DNA of 46,361 nucleotides from an uncultured Actinomycetes bacterium (GTDB taxonomy: Bacteria > Actinomycetota > Thermoleophilia > UBA2241): positions 1-46,361 of the forward strand of contig CAVWIH010000001.1 of NCBI GenBank assembly GCA_963755025.1. The letters run 5' to 3'. Below the pieces are notes generated by a model. It did not search any database and was not told the origin of the DNA. It saw only the letters and a program-made list of their open reading frames with translations. Of this stretch, positions 1 through 10,596 are shown piece after piece. The stretch's first letter is position 1; each line of letters opens with the position of its first letter. Position numbers and translations under genes: made by a program.

Positions 1-75
1 GGTGGACCGCAGCGGGTTCGAACCGCTGACCTCCGCCGTGCAAAGGCGGCGCTCTCCCAACTGAGCTAGCGGCCC
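1..75 (-). tRNA. tRNA-Ala(TGC); terminal A of CCA falls just outside the window
   Basis: Reverse complement reads GGGCCGCTAGCTCAGTTGGGAGAGCGCCGCCTTTGCACGGCGGAGGTCAGCGGTTCGAACCCGCTGCGGTCCACC: full cloverleaf, TGC anticodon, G3:U70 pair. Confidence 0.97.
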
Positions 76-86
76 ACGAGGCCCAC

Positions 87-92
87 AGTATA
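87..92 (-). promoter_or_regulatory. -10 element (TATACT) of tRNA-Ala
   Basis: AGTATA on + strand, 11 nt upstream of the tRNA 5' end. Confidence 0.6.
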
Positions 93-99
93 GCGCCTG

Positions 100-990
100 C
101 TACCGCGCCGCCTCGGCGACCGCGTAGTCGATGAGGCGGCGGGCGACAGAGAGCCGGTGAGGCAGGGCCGGCAGCCGCCCCACCGGAAACCACTGCGCGT
201 CGGCGATCTCGCCCTCCTGGCAGTGGATCTCGCCGCCCGCGTACTCTGCCAGAAAGGCGACCATCAGCGAATGCGGGAAGGGCCAGCACTGGCTGTCGAA
301 GTAGCGCAGGCCGCCGACCCGCAGACCCACCTCCTCGTCGACCTCTCGGCGAATGCAGTCCTCGAGCGACTCCGAGGGCTCCACGAAGCCTGCCAGCGCG
401 CTGTAGATCGGCGACCCGCTGGGTCCCCATCGCCGCGCCGCGGTGGCGAGCAGTAACTCCCTCCCACCCGGGCCTTCTCGCGTCACCAGGACCATCATGG
501 CCGGCGCGAGTCTCGGGTAGTAGACCTGACCGCAGGCCGGACAGCGGCGCGCGCGTCCCCCGTCGCTCTCTTCAGTGGGCGTGGCGCAGGCGCCGCAGAA
601 GTGGTGAGTGCGCTCGAACGCGAGAACCTGTGCGGCGCGACCGGCCACCGCCACGAGTTCGTCGGGCAGGCGGTCAAAGAGCCGGCGCAGCGGCTCGAAC
701 GTGAACCCCGGCGGCGCATCTTCGTCATGCGCCCACGCCGCCCAGCAGGGAACGTCGCCCAGAAGGCCTATGCAGCGGGCGCCGTCGACGGGCACCGGCA
801 GCCCGTCGCCCAGCGGCACGGTGCAGTCGCCCGTCTGGCCCGACACGGCCAGCGTGAGGAGTTGCTCACCGGTCTGGCCCGACAGGGCCAGCGTAAGGAG
901 TTCCTCGCCGGCGAACACGAACCAGAGCCCTCCCGGCGGCCCCGGCGTGGGCGCAGACCACAGCGGCGTGAACGACTCAGGCAGCGACAT
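100..990 (-). CDS. nudC: NAD(H) diphosphatase, NudC family
   Basis: Zn ribbon CGAC...CPAC, YPRLAPAMMV, Nudix box GFVEPSESLEDCIRREVDEEVG, SQCWPFPHS motif; start at MSLPES preferred over 1032. Confidence 0.92.
   Translation of the reverse strand: MSLPESFTPLWSAPTPGPPGGLWFVFAGEELLTLALSGQTGEQLLTLAVSGQTGDCTVPLGDGLPVPVDGARCIGLLGDVPCWAAWAHDEDAPPGFTFEPLRRLFDRLPDELVAVAGRAAQVLAFERTHHFCGACATPTEESDGGRARRCPACGQVYYPRLAPAMMVLVTREGPGGRELLLATAARRWGPSGSPIYSALAGFVEPSESLEDCIRREVDEEVGLRVGGLRYFDSQCWPFPHSLMVAFLAEYAGGEIHCQEGEIADAQWFPVGRLPALPHRLSVARRLIDYAVAEAAR
827..906. repeat. 39-bp in-frame tandem duplication inside nudC (LLTLALSGQTGEQ / LLTLAVSGQTGD)
   Basis: Two near-identical units at 827-865 and 866-904. Confidence 0.9.
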
Positions 991-1160
991 CGACGATGAG
1001 TGAGACAAACCACACTCCGTTCCGGACGGCAAAGCTCGGCACTTTCGGGCCGGCTCAGCTTAAGCCATATCTCAGGAGGCACCGCATGTCAGCCCAACCC
1101 TCCCCGCCCGCCTGTGCGCGCCAACCTCTCCGGGTGCGCTGCGAGCCGCCTGCGCGGGAC

Positions 1161-2801
1161 TCAGTCTCCCCGCAAAGCGATCTTGAGATCGTTCACGTTG
1201 GTGTCGGTCGGGCCTGTGAACACGAGATCGCCGGCGCGGGCAAGGGCTTCGTAGGACTCGTGCGCGGCAAGTGCAGCGGCGCCGTCGCCGCCTGCCTCCA
1301 CGCCCCGCGCCGCCGGCGCCGCCGCGCCGCCTGCCGCCGCCGCCGCGCCGCGCGCGGCCCCGCCCCCCGCCAGCTTCGCCGCCGTGGCGTCGTCGACGGC
1401 GCCGCCGGCGGCGTCGGTGGGGCCGTCGCTGCCGTCGGAGTCGAGGCAGACGACGACGGCCGCCGGCCCGCCGGCCAACTCGAGCGCCGCGGCCAGGGCG
1501 GCCTCCTGGTTGGGTCCGCCGCGGCTCCGGGCCGGCCCAGCAGGTCCAACCGCGGCCCCGGCTCCCCGCTCGGCCGCGCCGCCGCGGCCCCGGGCGACGC
1601 CGCCGGTCAGCGTCACCGTGTTCTCGCCGCCCGCCACCAGGCAGGTGCGCGGCGCGCTGACCGCCAGGCGGCGCGCGAGGGCGAAGCCCGCGTCGCGCGC
1701 CTCGCCCTGCCAGTCCAGACCGAGCAACACGGCGGCGTAGCCCAACGCCTGCGCTTCGGCCACCGCCGCGGCGCACATGCGCGCCGCGTCGGCCATGACC
1801 CAGGTTCGGACGGCCGGCAAGTGTTTGGGCGTCTCCTCGTGCGGGTCGGCGCGCCGCAGCCGGGCGATGACGGCCGCGGGCAGCGCGTCCCACAGGGCGA
1901 AGCGATCGCAGACCGCCTGCGCCGCCGCCCAGGTCGACGAGTCGGGCACCGTGAGGTCGGTGACGTAGTCGAGGGGGTCGCCGACGACATCGCTGGCGGT
2001 GAAGTTCACGATCTCGCAGCCGCAGGCCGCGCCAAGGCGACCGCCCTTGATGGCAGAGAGGTGCTTGCGCACGTCGTTGATGCCGACGATGTCGGCGCCC
2101 GAGGCCAGCAGCAGGCGGTTCGTCTCGATCTTGTCGGCCAGGGAGATGCCCTTCGCGGGCACGACCGCCAGGGCGGAGCTGCCGCCGGTGACCAGCGCGA
2201 TGACGAGGTCGCCCGGCCGGGCCGCCTCGGCGATCGCTTGCAAGCGCAGGCCGCCGGCCAGGCTCGTCTCGTCCGGCACGGGGTGGCTCGCTTCAAGCAC
2301 CTCGACGTAGCGCAGCGCGTGGCCCTGCGCCTGGCCGCGCTTCACGACGACGACGGCGTCGGCAAACCGGGGGCCGAGGAGGCCGTCGAGCACCTCGGCC
2401 ATGCCCAGGGTCGCTTTGCCGGCGCCGAGCAGGAACAGGCGGCGGCCGGTCAGGTCGATCGCGGTGACGCCCTCGTCGCCGGGGCGCTCGGTGACATCGA
2501 TCGCGGTGACGCCGTCGTCGCCAGAACGCTCGATGACATCGATCGCGGTGACGCCCTCGTCGCCGCGGTGGTCGCCAGGGGGCTCGCCGCGCTCGCCGCG
2601 CTCGCCGCCGGAGTCGAGGCCGGCGATCGGCGTGCCGCGCACGAGCAGGCGGTCGCCCTCGACGCGCAGCGCGCCGGCGAGCGCCTCGGCCGGGTCGGCG
2701 GCGCGCAAGCCGGCGGCGGCGATCGCCAGCGCGTCGGCGCGCAGCGCCGGGCGTCCGTGTCCGGTCAGCTCCTCGTAGTTGGCAAAGCGCGCCGTCCCCA
2801 T
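1161..2801 (-). CDS. GckA/TtuD-type (DUF4147 + MOFRL) glycerate 2-kinase-like protein
   Basis: GAGKA, HPVPD, VTGGSSAL, RKHLSAIKGG, SDVVGD, GGE.TV, GGPNQE, SDGSDG, TGPTDTNVND motifs; start MGTARF. Confidence 0.88.
   Translation of the reverse strand: MGTARFANYEELTGHGRPALRADALAIAAAGLRAADPAEALAGALRVEGDRLLVRGTPIAGLDSGGERGERGEPPGDHRGDEGVTAIDVIERSGDDGVTAIDVTERPGDEGVTAIDLTGRRLFLLGAGKATLGMAEVLDGLLGPRFADAVVVVKRGQAQGHALRYVEVLEASHPVPDETSLAGGLRLQAIAEAARPGDLVIALVTGGSSALAVVPAKGISLADKIETNRLLLASGADIVGINDVRKHLSAIKGGRLGAACGCEIVNFTASDVVGDPLDYVTDLTVPDSSTWAAAQAVCDRFALWDALPAAVIARLRRADPHEETPKHLPAVRTWVMADAARMCAAAVAEAQALGYAAVLLGLDWQGEARDAGFALARRLAVSAPRTCLVAGGENTVTLTGGVARGRGGAAERGAGAAVGPAGPARSRGGPNQEAALAAALELAGGPAAVVVCLDSDGSDGPTDAAGGAVDDATAAKLAGGGAARGAAAAAGGAAAPAARGVEAGGDGAAALAAHESYEALARAGDLVFTGPTDTNVNDLKIALRGD
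2455..2565. repeat. 42-bp in-frame tandem repeat, about 2.7 copies (GDEGVTAIDV/L)
   Basis: Units start at 2455, 2497, 2539. Confidence 0.9.
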
Positions 2802-2836
2802 GGCGGCCCCGCGCCCCTGCGCGACCGTCCCGGAAC

Positions 2837-4231
2837 TCAGGCGCCGGGCGCGGCGGTCGCTCCCGTCACCGGCCGCCTGAAGTCGCGCCCCGCGTACACG
2901 GCCGAGCTGCCCAGCCACTCCTCGATCTGCAGCAGGCGGTTGTACTTGGCGGTGCGCTCGCCGCGCACCGGCGAGCCGGTCTTGATCTGGCCGCAGTTCA
3001 GGGCCACGACCAGGTCGGCGATGATCGGGTCTTCGGTCTCGCCCGAACGCTCGCTCACGCACACGCCGTAGCCGCCGCGAAAGGCGACGTCGGCGGCCTC
3101 GAAGGCCTCGGTGAGCGTGCCGATCTGGTTGACCTTCCACAGCAGGGCGTTGGCCGCACCCATGGCGATGCCCTTGCGCACCCGCGCAGGGTTGGTGACG
3201 AACAGGTCGTCGCCGACGATCTGCACACCGGTACGCGCCGCGCCGGCGGCCGCCGCGCCGGCGCCCGCCGCGGCCGTTCCGGTTCCCGCGCCGCCCGCCG
3301 CGGTCGCTCCGCCGACCTGCACCCCGGCGAGCTCGCTCGTGAGCGCGGCGAAGCCCTCCCAGTCGTCTTCGTCGAGCGGGTCTTCGATCGAGGCCACGCC
3401 GTAGTCGCGCACGAGCTCCTTATAGAGCTCGATCATCTGCTCGGTCGTGTAGGTACGGCCCGAGACGGCGTAGGTGCGGCTCTGCGGGTCCCAGAAGTGG
3501 GCGGCGGCGGCGTCGAGCGCGTAGACCACGTCGTCTTTGTAGCCGGCCGCCGCCACGCCCTCGTGCACCAGCGCCAGGGCTTCGTGCACGTCGACGATCG
3601 GCGTGGCGAAGTCGCCCTCGTCGCCGGTGTTGGCCGAGAGCTTGCCGTAGCGCGCGACCACGATCTCCTGCAGCGCCATGTGGGTCTCGCTGGCCATGCG
3701 CAGCGCCTCGCTGAAGCTGCGCGCGCCGACCGGCATCATGATGAACTCCTGAAAGGCGAGGTCATTCGACGTGAGGCGGCCGCCGCCCACCAGGTTGATC
3801 AGCGGCACCGGCAGCACGCACGAGTCGAAGCGCAGGTAGCGGTGCAGCGGCAGGCGGGCGGCGGCGGCGGCCACGCGGGCCACCGCGAGCGACACGCCGC
3901 AGAGCGCGTTGCCGCCCAGGCGGCTCTTGTCGGGTGTGCCGTCGAGCTCGCGCAAGAAGCTGTCGATGGCGCGCTGGTCTGAAGCGTCGCGGCCCGCAAG
4001 CGCCGGTCCGATTTCGTCGTTCACGTGGCCGACGGCGACCTGCACGTCGTAGCCGCCGTAGCGGGCGCCGCCGTCGCGCAGCTCGCGCGCCTCGCCGCTG
4101 CCGGTCGAGCGGCCGGCCGGCACGTCGGCGTGACCGGTCACCTCGCCACACGTGACTTCGACCTGGATGGTCGGAAAGCCGCGACAGTCGAGAATCGGAC
4201 GGGCGTGGACGGCGGTGATCGGTAGCGTCAC
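2837..4231 (-). CDS. Enolase-family protein with non-canonical active-site loops
   Basis: DCRGFPT, STG..EARELRDG, QEF, GDEG, IEDP, VGDDLFVTN, KVNQIG, RSGETED, QIKTG, KYNRLL; GTG start with GAGGAGG RBS. Confidence 0.92.
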   Translation of the reverse strand: MTLPITAVHARPILDCRGFPTIQVEVTCGEVTGHADVPAGRSTGSGEARELRDGGARYGGYDVQVAVGHVNDEIGPALAGRDASDQRAIDSFLRELDGTPDKSRLGGNALCGVSLAVARVAAAAARLPLHRYLRFDSCVLPVPLINLVGGGRLTSNDLAFQEFIMMPVGARSFSEALRMASETHMALQEIVVARYGKLSANTGDEGDFATPIVDVHEALALVHEGVAAAGYKDDVVYALDAAAAHFWDPQSRTYAVSGRTYTTEQMIELYKELVRDYGVASIEDPLDEDDWEGFAALTSELAGVQVGGATAAGGAGTGTAAAGAGAAAAGAARTGVQIVGDDLFVTNPARVRKGIAMGAANALLWKVNQIGTLTEAFEAADVAFRGGYGVCVSERSGETEDPIIADLVVALNCGQIKTGSPVRGERTAKYNRLLQIEEWLGSSAVYAGRDFRRPVTGATAAPGA

Positions 4232-4270
4232 TGGTTCCTCCTCGGTCCTTGCTGTACCTTGCGTCGCTTG

Positions 4271-5284
4271 TCAGTACCCTGCCTCGGGGTCGACCCGCCC
4301 GACGAACTCTGCGCCCCTTGCCAGGCGCGCCACGTTGTCGGCGATACGCGCGGCAAGCAGCGGCTTGGTCATCTCTTTGGTGTCGGCGGTGTGCGGCGTG
4401 ATGAGGCAGTTGGGAGCGCTCCACAGCGGGTGGCCGTCGGGCAGCGGCTCGGGGTCGGTCACGTCGAGGGCGGCGCCGCCCAGCCGCCCGGCGTGCAGGG
4501 CCTCGACCAGCGCGTCGGTGTCGACGATCTCGCCGCGCGCCACGTTGATAAGCCACGCCCCCGGCGCCATGGCGGCGAGCTCGGCGCGCCCGATCAGGCC
4601 GCGCGTGCGCGGCGTGAGCGCCAGGGCGAGCACGACCGCGCGGGCGCCCGTCAGAGCCTCGTCCAGGTGCCTGAGCCCGACCGTGCGCCAGGCCGCGGGC
4701 AACGGCTCGGGCCTGTGGCGCACGACGGTCACCTGCGCGCGGAAGGGCTCGAGCAGGCGGATGAACTCGCGCGCCACGCCGCCGGCGCCGAGCACGGTGA
4801 CCGGCTGGTCGAACAGGTTCACGCCGCCCGGTTCTCCCCAGGAGTGGGCCCGCGCGCGCTCGGGCAGCAGCCGCAGGCCGGCCAGCAGCAGCGCCAGCGC
4901 GTGCTCGGCGACCGGCTCGGCGTACGCCCCTTTGGCCGATGTCCACTGGCGTTCGCGGTCGACCACGCCGGCGGCCACGATGCGCTCGACGCCGGCCAGC
5001 GGCAGCTGCACCCACCAGATGCCGGGATGGCTGTCGAGGGTGGCGCGCAAGGCGTCGATGGCGCGCGAGTCGGTCCACACCAGACCGAGCGGCGATTCGT
5101 CGATGCCGACCGCCTGACCGCCGCCGCGCTCTATCGCCTGCCGCGCCCACTCCGACGATCGCGGGCCTACGGCGATGCGCGGTCCGGCGCCGGCGCCCGA
5201 GCCGCCGCTGCCGCCTGAGCCGCCGCTGCCGCTCTGGCCGCCGGCACCGCTCGACCCGTCGGCCCCGCGCGCCGCGGCGCTCAC
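4271..5284 (-). CDS. D-isomer-specific 2-hydroxyacid dehydrogenase with Gly/Ser-rich N-terminal extension
   Basis: [36 protein letters not shown]; GTG overlaps the SDR stop (GTGA). Confidence 0.88.
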   Translation of the reverse strand: MSAAARGADGSSGAGGQSGSGGSGGSGGSGAGAGPRIAVGPRSSEWARQAIERGGGQAVGIDESPLGLVWTDSRAIDALRATLDSHPGIWWVQLPLAGVERIVAAGVVDRERQWTSAKGAYAEPVAEHALALLLAGLRLLPERARAHSWGEPGGVNLFDQPVTVLGAGGVAREFIRLLEPFRAQVTVVRHRPEPLPAAWRTVGLRHLDEALTGARAVVLALALTPRTRGLIGRAELAAMAPGAWLINVARGEIVDTDALVEALHAGRLGGAALDVTDPEPLPDGHPLWSAPNCLITPHTADTKEMTKPLLAARIADNVARLARGAEFVGRVDPEAGY

Positions 5285-6051
5285 GTGTGGCACAGCAGGC
5301 CGCCGTCGACCACCAGCGTCTGCCCGGTGATGTACGAGGCGTCGTTCGACGCCAGAAAGGCGACCGCGGCGGCCACCTCTTCGGGCGTGCCCTGGCGCTG
5401 CATGGGCACCGTGGCCTCGATCGCCGCGACGATGTCGGCGTCGGACATGTTGTCGTGCGCGAACTGCGGGTCGTTGAAGCCGGTGTCGACCCAGCCGGGG
5501 CACACCGAGTTCACGCGGATGCCCGACTTGGCGAAGTCGATGGCGAGCTGCCGCGTGAGGTTGACGACGGCCGCCTTCGACGCCGTGTAGGCGGTGAGCG
5601 CCGGCTCGCCGAGCAGACCGCTCACCGAGCCTGTGGTCACGATCGCGCCGCCGCCGCGCGCCTGGATGGCAGGCACTACCGCCTTGATCACCAGGAACAT
5701 GGCCGTCACGTTCACGACGAAGACGCGGCTCCACTCCTCGAGACTGACCTCGAGCACCGTGCCGGCGCTCAGTCGGCCGGCGTTGGAGTGCAGGATGTCG
5801 ATGCCGCCCGCCTCGTCGACCACGCGGGCCACGACCTCCGTCACCTCGTCGGGGCTCGTCACGTCGACGCGATAGGCGCGGCCGCGGCCGCCGGCCGCGT
5901 CGCACTCGCCGGCGACCTGCTGCGCCTCTTCGCCGCGCACGTCGACTATGGCCACGCTCGCGCCCTCGGCGGCAAAGCGCAGGGCGCTCGCCCGGCCTAT
6001 GCCGTGCGCGCCACCGGTCACCAGGACCGACTTTCCCTCAAACCGCGCCAT
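5281..6051 (-). CDS. Classical SDR oxidoreductase
   Basis: [34 protein letters not shown]. Confidence 0.95.
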   Translation of the reverse strand: MARFEGKSVLVTGGAHGIGRASALRFAAEGASVAIVDVRGEEAQQVAGECDAAGGRGRAYRVDVTSPDEVTEVVARVVDEAGGIDILHSNAGRLSAGTVLEVSLEEWSRVFVVNVTAMFLVIKAVVPAIQARGGGAIVTTGSVSGLLGEPALTAYTASKAAVVNLTRQLAIDFAKSGIRVNSVCPGWVDTGFNDPQFAHDNMSDADIVAAIEATVPMQRQGTPEEVAAAVAFLASNDASYITGQTLVVDGGLLCHT

Positions 6052-6057
6052 CGGTCG

Positions 6058-7464
6058 TCACCTCGCTTCTTGGTCCGGCCACAGGGGCAACAGCGACCCC
6101 CGGTCGTCGAATCTCATCTCGACGCCGGCGTCGGTGGCAGCCACGACGAGGTCGTCGCGCCGCCGCGCCTCGGCGGCCAGCGGCTCGCTGACCCCAACGA
6201 CGTCGAGATGCTCGGTGTCTTCTATCCACATCAAGCGCGCACCGGCCGGCTCGCGCCGGCCGCACGAGGCCAGGGCGGCCTGTATGGCCAGGCGATCGCT
6301 GTCGAGCACCATGGGCAGCTTGGCGCGCTGCAGGTCAACGAGGCCGGCCGTCAGGGCGTTGGCGTAGATCGCGCCAAAGTCGAGCGCCCGCGCCAGGCGC
6401 GCCGAGACGAAGTCGACAAAGCCTATGCCGAGGCCGTTGCCCGACGAGGCCTCGGTCAGGCTGAGCGCGGCGATGCAGGCGATGCGCGGGCTCTCGGGCT
6501 CGGCCTCGCCGGTGATGTACAGGCGGCCGATCACGTTGGGGTCGACGCCTTCGCCGCTGATGTCCTTGCCGAGCCGCTGCACGACGAGCACATCGAGCTC
6601 GGTGAGCGGCAGGCGCGGCATCAGGGCCTTGGCCAGGTCCAGCAGGCGCTCCTCGGCTTCGCCGGCGATCTCGCCGGGGCGCAGCCCCTGCACGTGGGCG
6701 GTCTGGCCGACCTCGTTCTCGACCACGGCCAGGGCGCCCACGACCAGGCCGCGCGCCACGATCAGGCGCGCCGCCTCGCCGATGCCGGCGCGCAGGCCGG
6801 CCGGGCCGGCGGCGTGCAGCTCGGCGGCGCTCGCCAGGTGGCCCAAGCCCACCGCCAGCATCTTCGCCGGGCCGCTCTCGAGCGGACCGTGAACGTCGGT
6901 GTGCGCCTTGACGCGGCCGACCACGAACACCGCGCCGGCCCGCGCCGCGAGCCGGTCGACGTAGACGCGCGTGCCGCCGCCGGGGCCTACACCGCCGGCG
7001 CGCGCGCCACCGCCGGCACCAGCGCCGCCCGTCACACCCACCTCGTCGACGGCCATGGTCGCGCGTAACGGCGCGCCCACCGCCTGCTCGGTGATGCCCA
7101 GCTCGTCGAGCACCGCGAGCTGGCCGGCTTCGGTGCCGCCGCCGTGACTGCCCATGGCAGGCACGACGAAGGGCTCCCAGCCGGCGGCGCGCAGTTCGGC
7201 GACCACCGCTCTCAAGATGACGACGACGTTGGCGATGCCGCGGCTGCCGGCCGTCACGGCAATGGGGCCCGGCGTGCGCTCAGACTCGGCCAGCACGGCC
7301 GCCACTTCGCGGCGCGTGGCGGCCCGCACGTCGGCCAGCGGCGCGCCGACCGTCGTCCGGCGCACCGCCGTGAGGTGCGGCAGCGGCACGCTCCTGACGA
7401 ACGCGTTGAGGCCCGGCAGCGGCTGCGCCGCCACCGATGGATCCCCTGCCGTGTGACCGTTCAC
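6058..7464 (-). CDS. LarA-N (lactate-racemase domain, DUF2088-like) protein
   Basis: IAVTAGSRGIAN, PFVVPAMGSHGG, RVKAHT, KMLAVGLG, GKDISGEGVDPNVIGR; RBS GGAGAG before GTG. Confidence 0.8.
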   Translation of the reverse strand: MNGHTAGDPSVAAQPLPGLNAFVRSVPLPHLTAVRRTTVGAPLADVRAATRREVAAVLAESERTPGPIAVTAGSRGIANVVVILRAVVAELRAAGWEPFVVPAMGSHGGGTEAGQLAVLDELGITEQAVGAPLRATMAVDEVGVTGGAGAGGGARAGGVGPGGGTRVYVDRLAARAGAVFVVGRVKAHTDVHGPLESGPAKMLAVGLGHLASAAELHAAGPAGLRAGIGEAARLIVARGLVVGALAVVENEVGQTAHVQGLRPGEIAGEAEERLLDLAKALMPRLPLTELDVLVVQRLGKDISGEGVDPNVIGRLYITGEAEPESPRIACIAALSLTEASSGNGLGIGFVDFVSARLARALDFGAIYANALTAGLVDLQRAKLPMVLDSDRLAIQAALASCGRREPAGARLMWIEDTEHLDVVGVSEPLAAEARRRDDLVVAATDAGVEMRFDDRGSLLPLWPDQEAR

Positions 7465-7511
7465 CTGCGCACTCTCCGGCCTTGTCCGGGTGCTCCGTAA
7501 GACGCGCCGAC

Positions 7512-7517
7512 ACTATA
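7512..7517 (-). promoter_or_regulatory. Possible internal -10 (TATAGT) upstream of the LarA-like gene
   Basis: ACTATA on + strand in the permease/LarA-like intergenic gap. Confidence 0.4.
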
Positions 7518-7573
7518 ACGTTCGTGGAGCCCGGCCGCCCGTTGTGGCCGGGCCCCACCGCCTGCGCGCCGCG

Positions 7574-9058
7574 CTACGCGACGCGGTCGCGCTGCGATTC
7601 CTCGCGCCACGAGTCGGCCGACGTGGGCCGGCGCCGCTCCGCGATGTCGGCGAAGAAGGGCGACGACCTCGCCGTCTGGCGGATGATGAAGCCCAGCAGG
7701 TACGAGATCAGCACGCCCGCCACGGCCACCCAGGCCACCGGCGCCGACTGTGTGGTCAGGCCGTAGAAGAAGATGGCGCCCATGAACAGGCCGCCGATCA
7801 GGGGCAGCGCGCCGACCAGCACGGCCGAGCTCAGGTTGCCGCGCAGCTCGGCGCGGTAGAACCACACGCTGCTCAGCGCGATGACGAAGTACATGAACAG
7901 GCCGAGCATGCCGTCGGCGCTGATCACGTAGCCGATGGCCTTCGTCGCCGACGAGTTCGCCAGGTAGAAGATCAGCACGATGGGCGGGATGGCCGCCAGG
8001 ATGAGCAGCCCGAGCCAGGGGGTCTGGTGCACGCGGCTCATCCTGCCCCAGAGACGGGGGATCAGGCGGTCGCGAGCCATCGCGTAGAGCACCCGGCTGG
8101 GTTCGACCATCTGGATCTGGCTCGTGCCCAGCACGGCGATCAGCACCGCCAGCGGCAGCGCGCGGCCCCAGAAGCCGGGAACCAGCAGCGTGCCGGCGTA
8201 GCCCAGCACGTCCGAGCCGTGAGCCTGCACGGTGGACTGGCTCGCGATGCCCTGGAAGACCATGATGAGGAACGTGTACCAGAGCGTCAGAAAGCCGGTG
8301 CCCAGCATCATCGCGCGGCCCGGGTTGAGCTTGCGTTTGGTCGACTCCTCGCCCAGGGTGGCGGTCGCCTCCCAGCCCAGGTAGAGGAAGCCGCAGACGA
8401 CGGCCGCCTCGGTCAGGCCCTTGAAGCCGCCGATGCCGCCCAGCGAGTGCGAGATCGAGAAGTCGGAGATGCCGGGCAGCGAAGCGCCCCCGGCATGAGA
8501 CGCCTCGTGGATCAGGGCGAGCACGACGAACGAGATGACGGCGGCGTACTCGATCACCACGAAGGTCATCTGCAGCCACACCGTCGGCCTGATGCCGCGG
8601 ATGGCGAGCCAGACCAGCACGCCCATGATGGCGGTCGCGATGATCCAGGTGACCGGCTTCGAGAACGTGCTCGTCGGGGCGATGATGAACAGCAGGTAGA
8701 CGCCCGCCAGCGTGATGTTGCCCACGTTGGCGAGCGTGCTGGTGATGGCGTTGAGTAGCCCCGTGCCGATGCCGATGGCCGGCGCGACCGCTTCGCTGAC
8801 CCACACGTACGGGGCGCCGGCGTGAGCGCGCCAACGGTTCAGGTTGGCGTAGCCGACCGACACGAAGAACATGGCGATGCCGACCACCAGCACCGCAAGC
8901 GGCGAGGTGTGCCCGGCAAAGCTCAACAGGATGGCGAGCGTGAAGGCGACGCTGCTCGAGGGCGCTACGTTGGCGATCGAGACGATGAAATCGCCCCAGA
9001 GGCTGACGGCGTCTGCCTTCAGGCCCACTTCCTTGCTGCTACCAGTCTGCATAGACAT
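7574..9058 (-). CDS. APC-family amino acid/amine permease
   Basis: About 12 hydrophobic segments, AGAPYVW, YLGWEATATLGEE, SRVLYAMARD; GGAGAAGGAG RBS before MSMQT. Confidence 0.9.
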   Translation of the reverse strand: MSMQTGSSKEVGLKADAVSLWGDFIVSIANVAPSSSVAFTLAILLSFAGHTSPLAVLVVGIAMFFVSVGYANLNRWRAHAGAPYVWVSEAVAPAIGIGTGLLNAITSTLANVGNITLAGVYLLFIIAPTSTFSKPVTWIIATAIMGVLVWLAIRGIRPTVWLQMTFVVIEYAAVISFVVLALIHEASHAGGASLPGISDFSISHSLGGIGGFKGLTEAAVVCGFLYLGWEATATLGEESTKRKLNPGRAMMLGTGFLTLWYTFLIMVFQGIASQSTVQAHGSDVLGYAGTLLVPGFWGRALPLAVLIAVLGTSQIQMVEPSRVLYAMARDRLIPRLWGRMSRVHQTPWLGLLILAAIPPIVLIFYLANSSATKAIGYVISADGMLGLFMYFVIALSSVWFYRAELRGNLSSAVLVGALPLIGGLFMGAIFFYGLTTQSAPVAWVAVAGVLISYLLGFIIRQTARSSPFFADIAERRRPTSADSWREESQRDRVA

Positions 9059-9146
9059 GGCGTGCGCTCCTTCTCCCAAGCCCTAAGGCGACCAGAAACG
9101 CGGACGGAGACGGGAAGTGAGTCGCCTCCATCTCTGACAGAAGAAG

Positions 9147-9165
9147 TGTGCCAGCGCTTCTCACA
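9147..9165. promoter_or_regulatory. Possible LacI-family-type operator upstream of the catabolic operon
   Basis: TGTG-CC-AGCGCT-TCT-CACA imperfect palindrome with AGCGCT core; no regulator gene in window. Confidence 0.3.
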
Positions 9166-9451
9166 GTTCGAACCGTATAGAGGGTGTCTGTGCTCGTTAA
9201 GCCGTTGGCGCAGCGATCGGGGCTGCGGGAAAGCCGAGGCGCTGCGACCGGGGCTGCGGGCGGCGGCGCTTTGTGCGCCGCCGACCGGGGCCGCGCCCGG
9301 CGGCACGCCCGGCGCCGCGATCGTTGCTGCGTGACCGCCGACCGGTCCGCGCACTCCCCGCCTCAAGAGGATTGAAACCGTCCGGCTTTCGGGCAGGAAC
9401 TCTGGAGCGGCCGTCTATGGGTCGGCCGCTCCACGAAAAGGAGCTTCCTTC

Positions 9452-10592
<1,141 letters not shown>

Positions 10593-10596
<4 letters not shown>

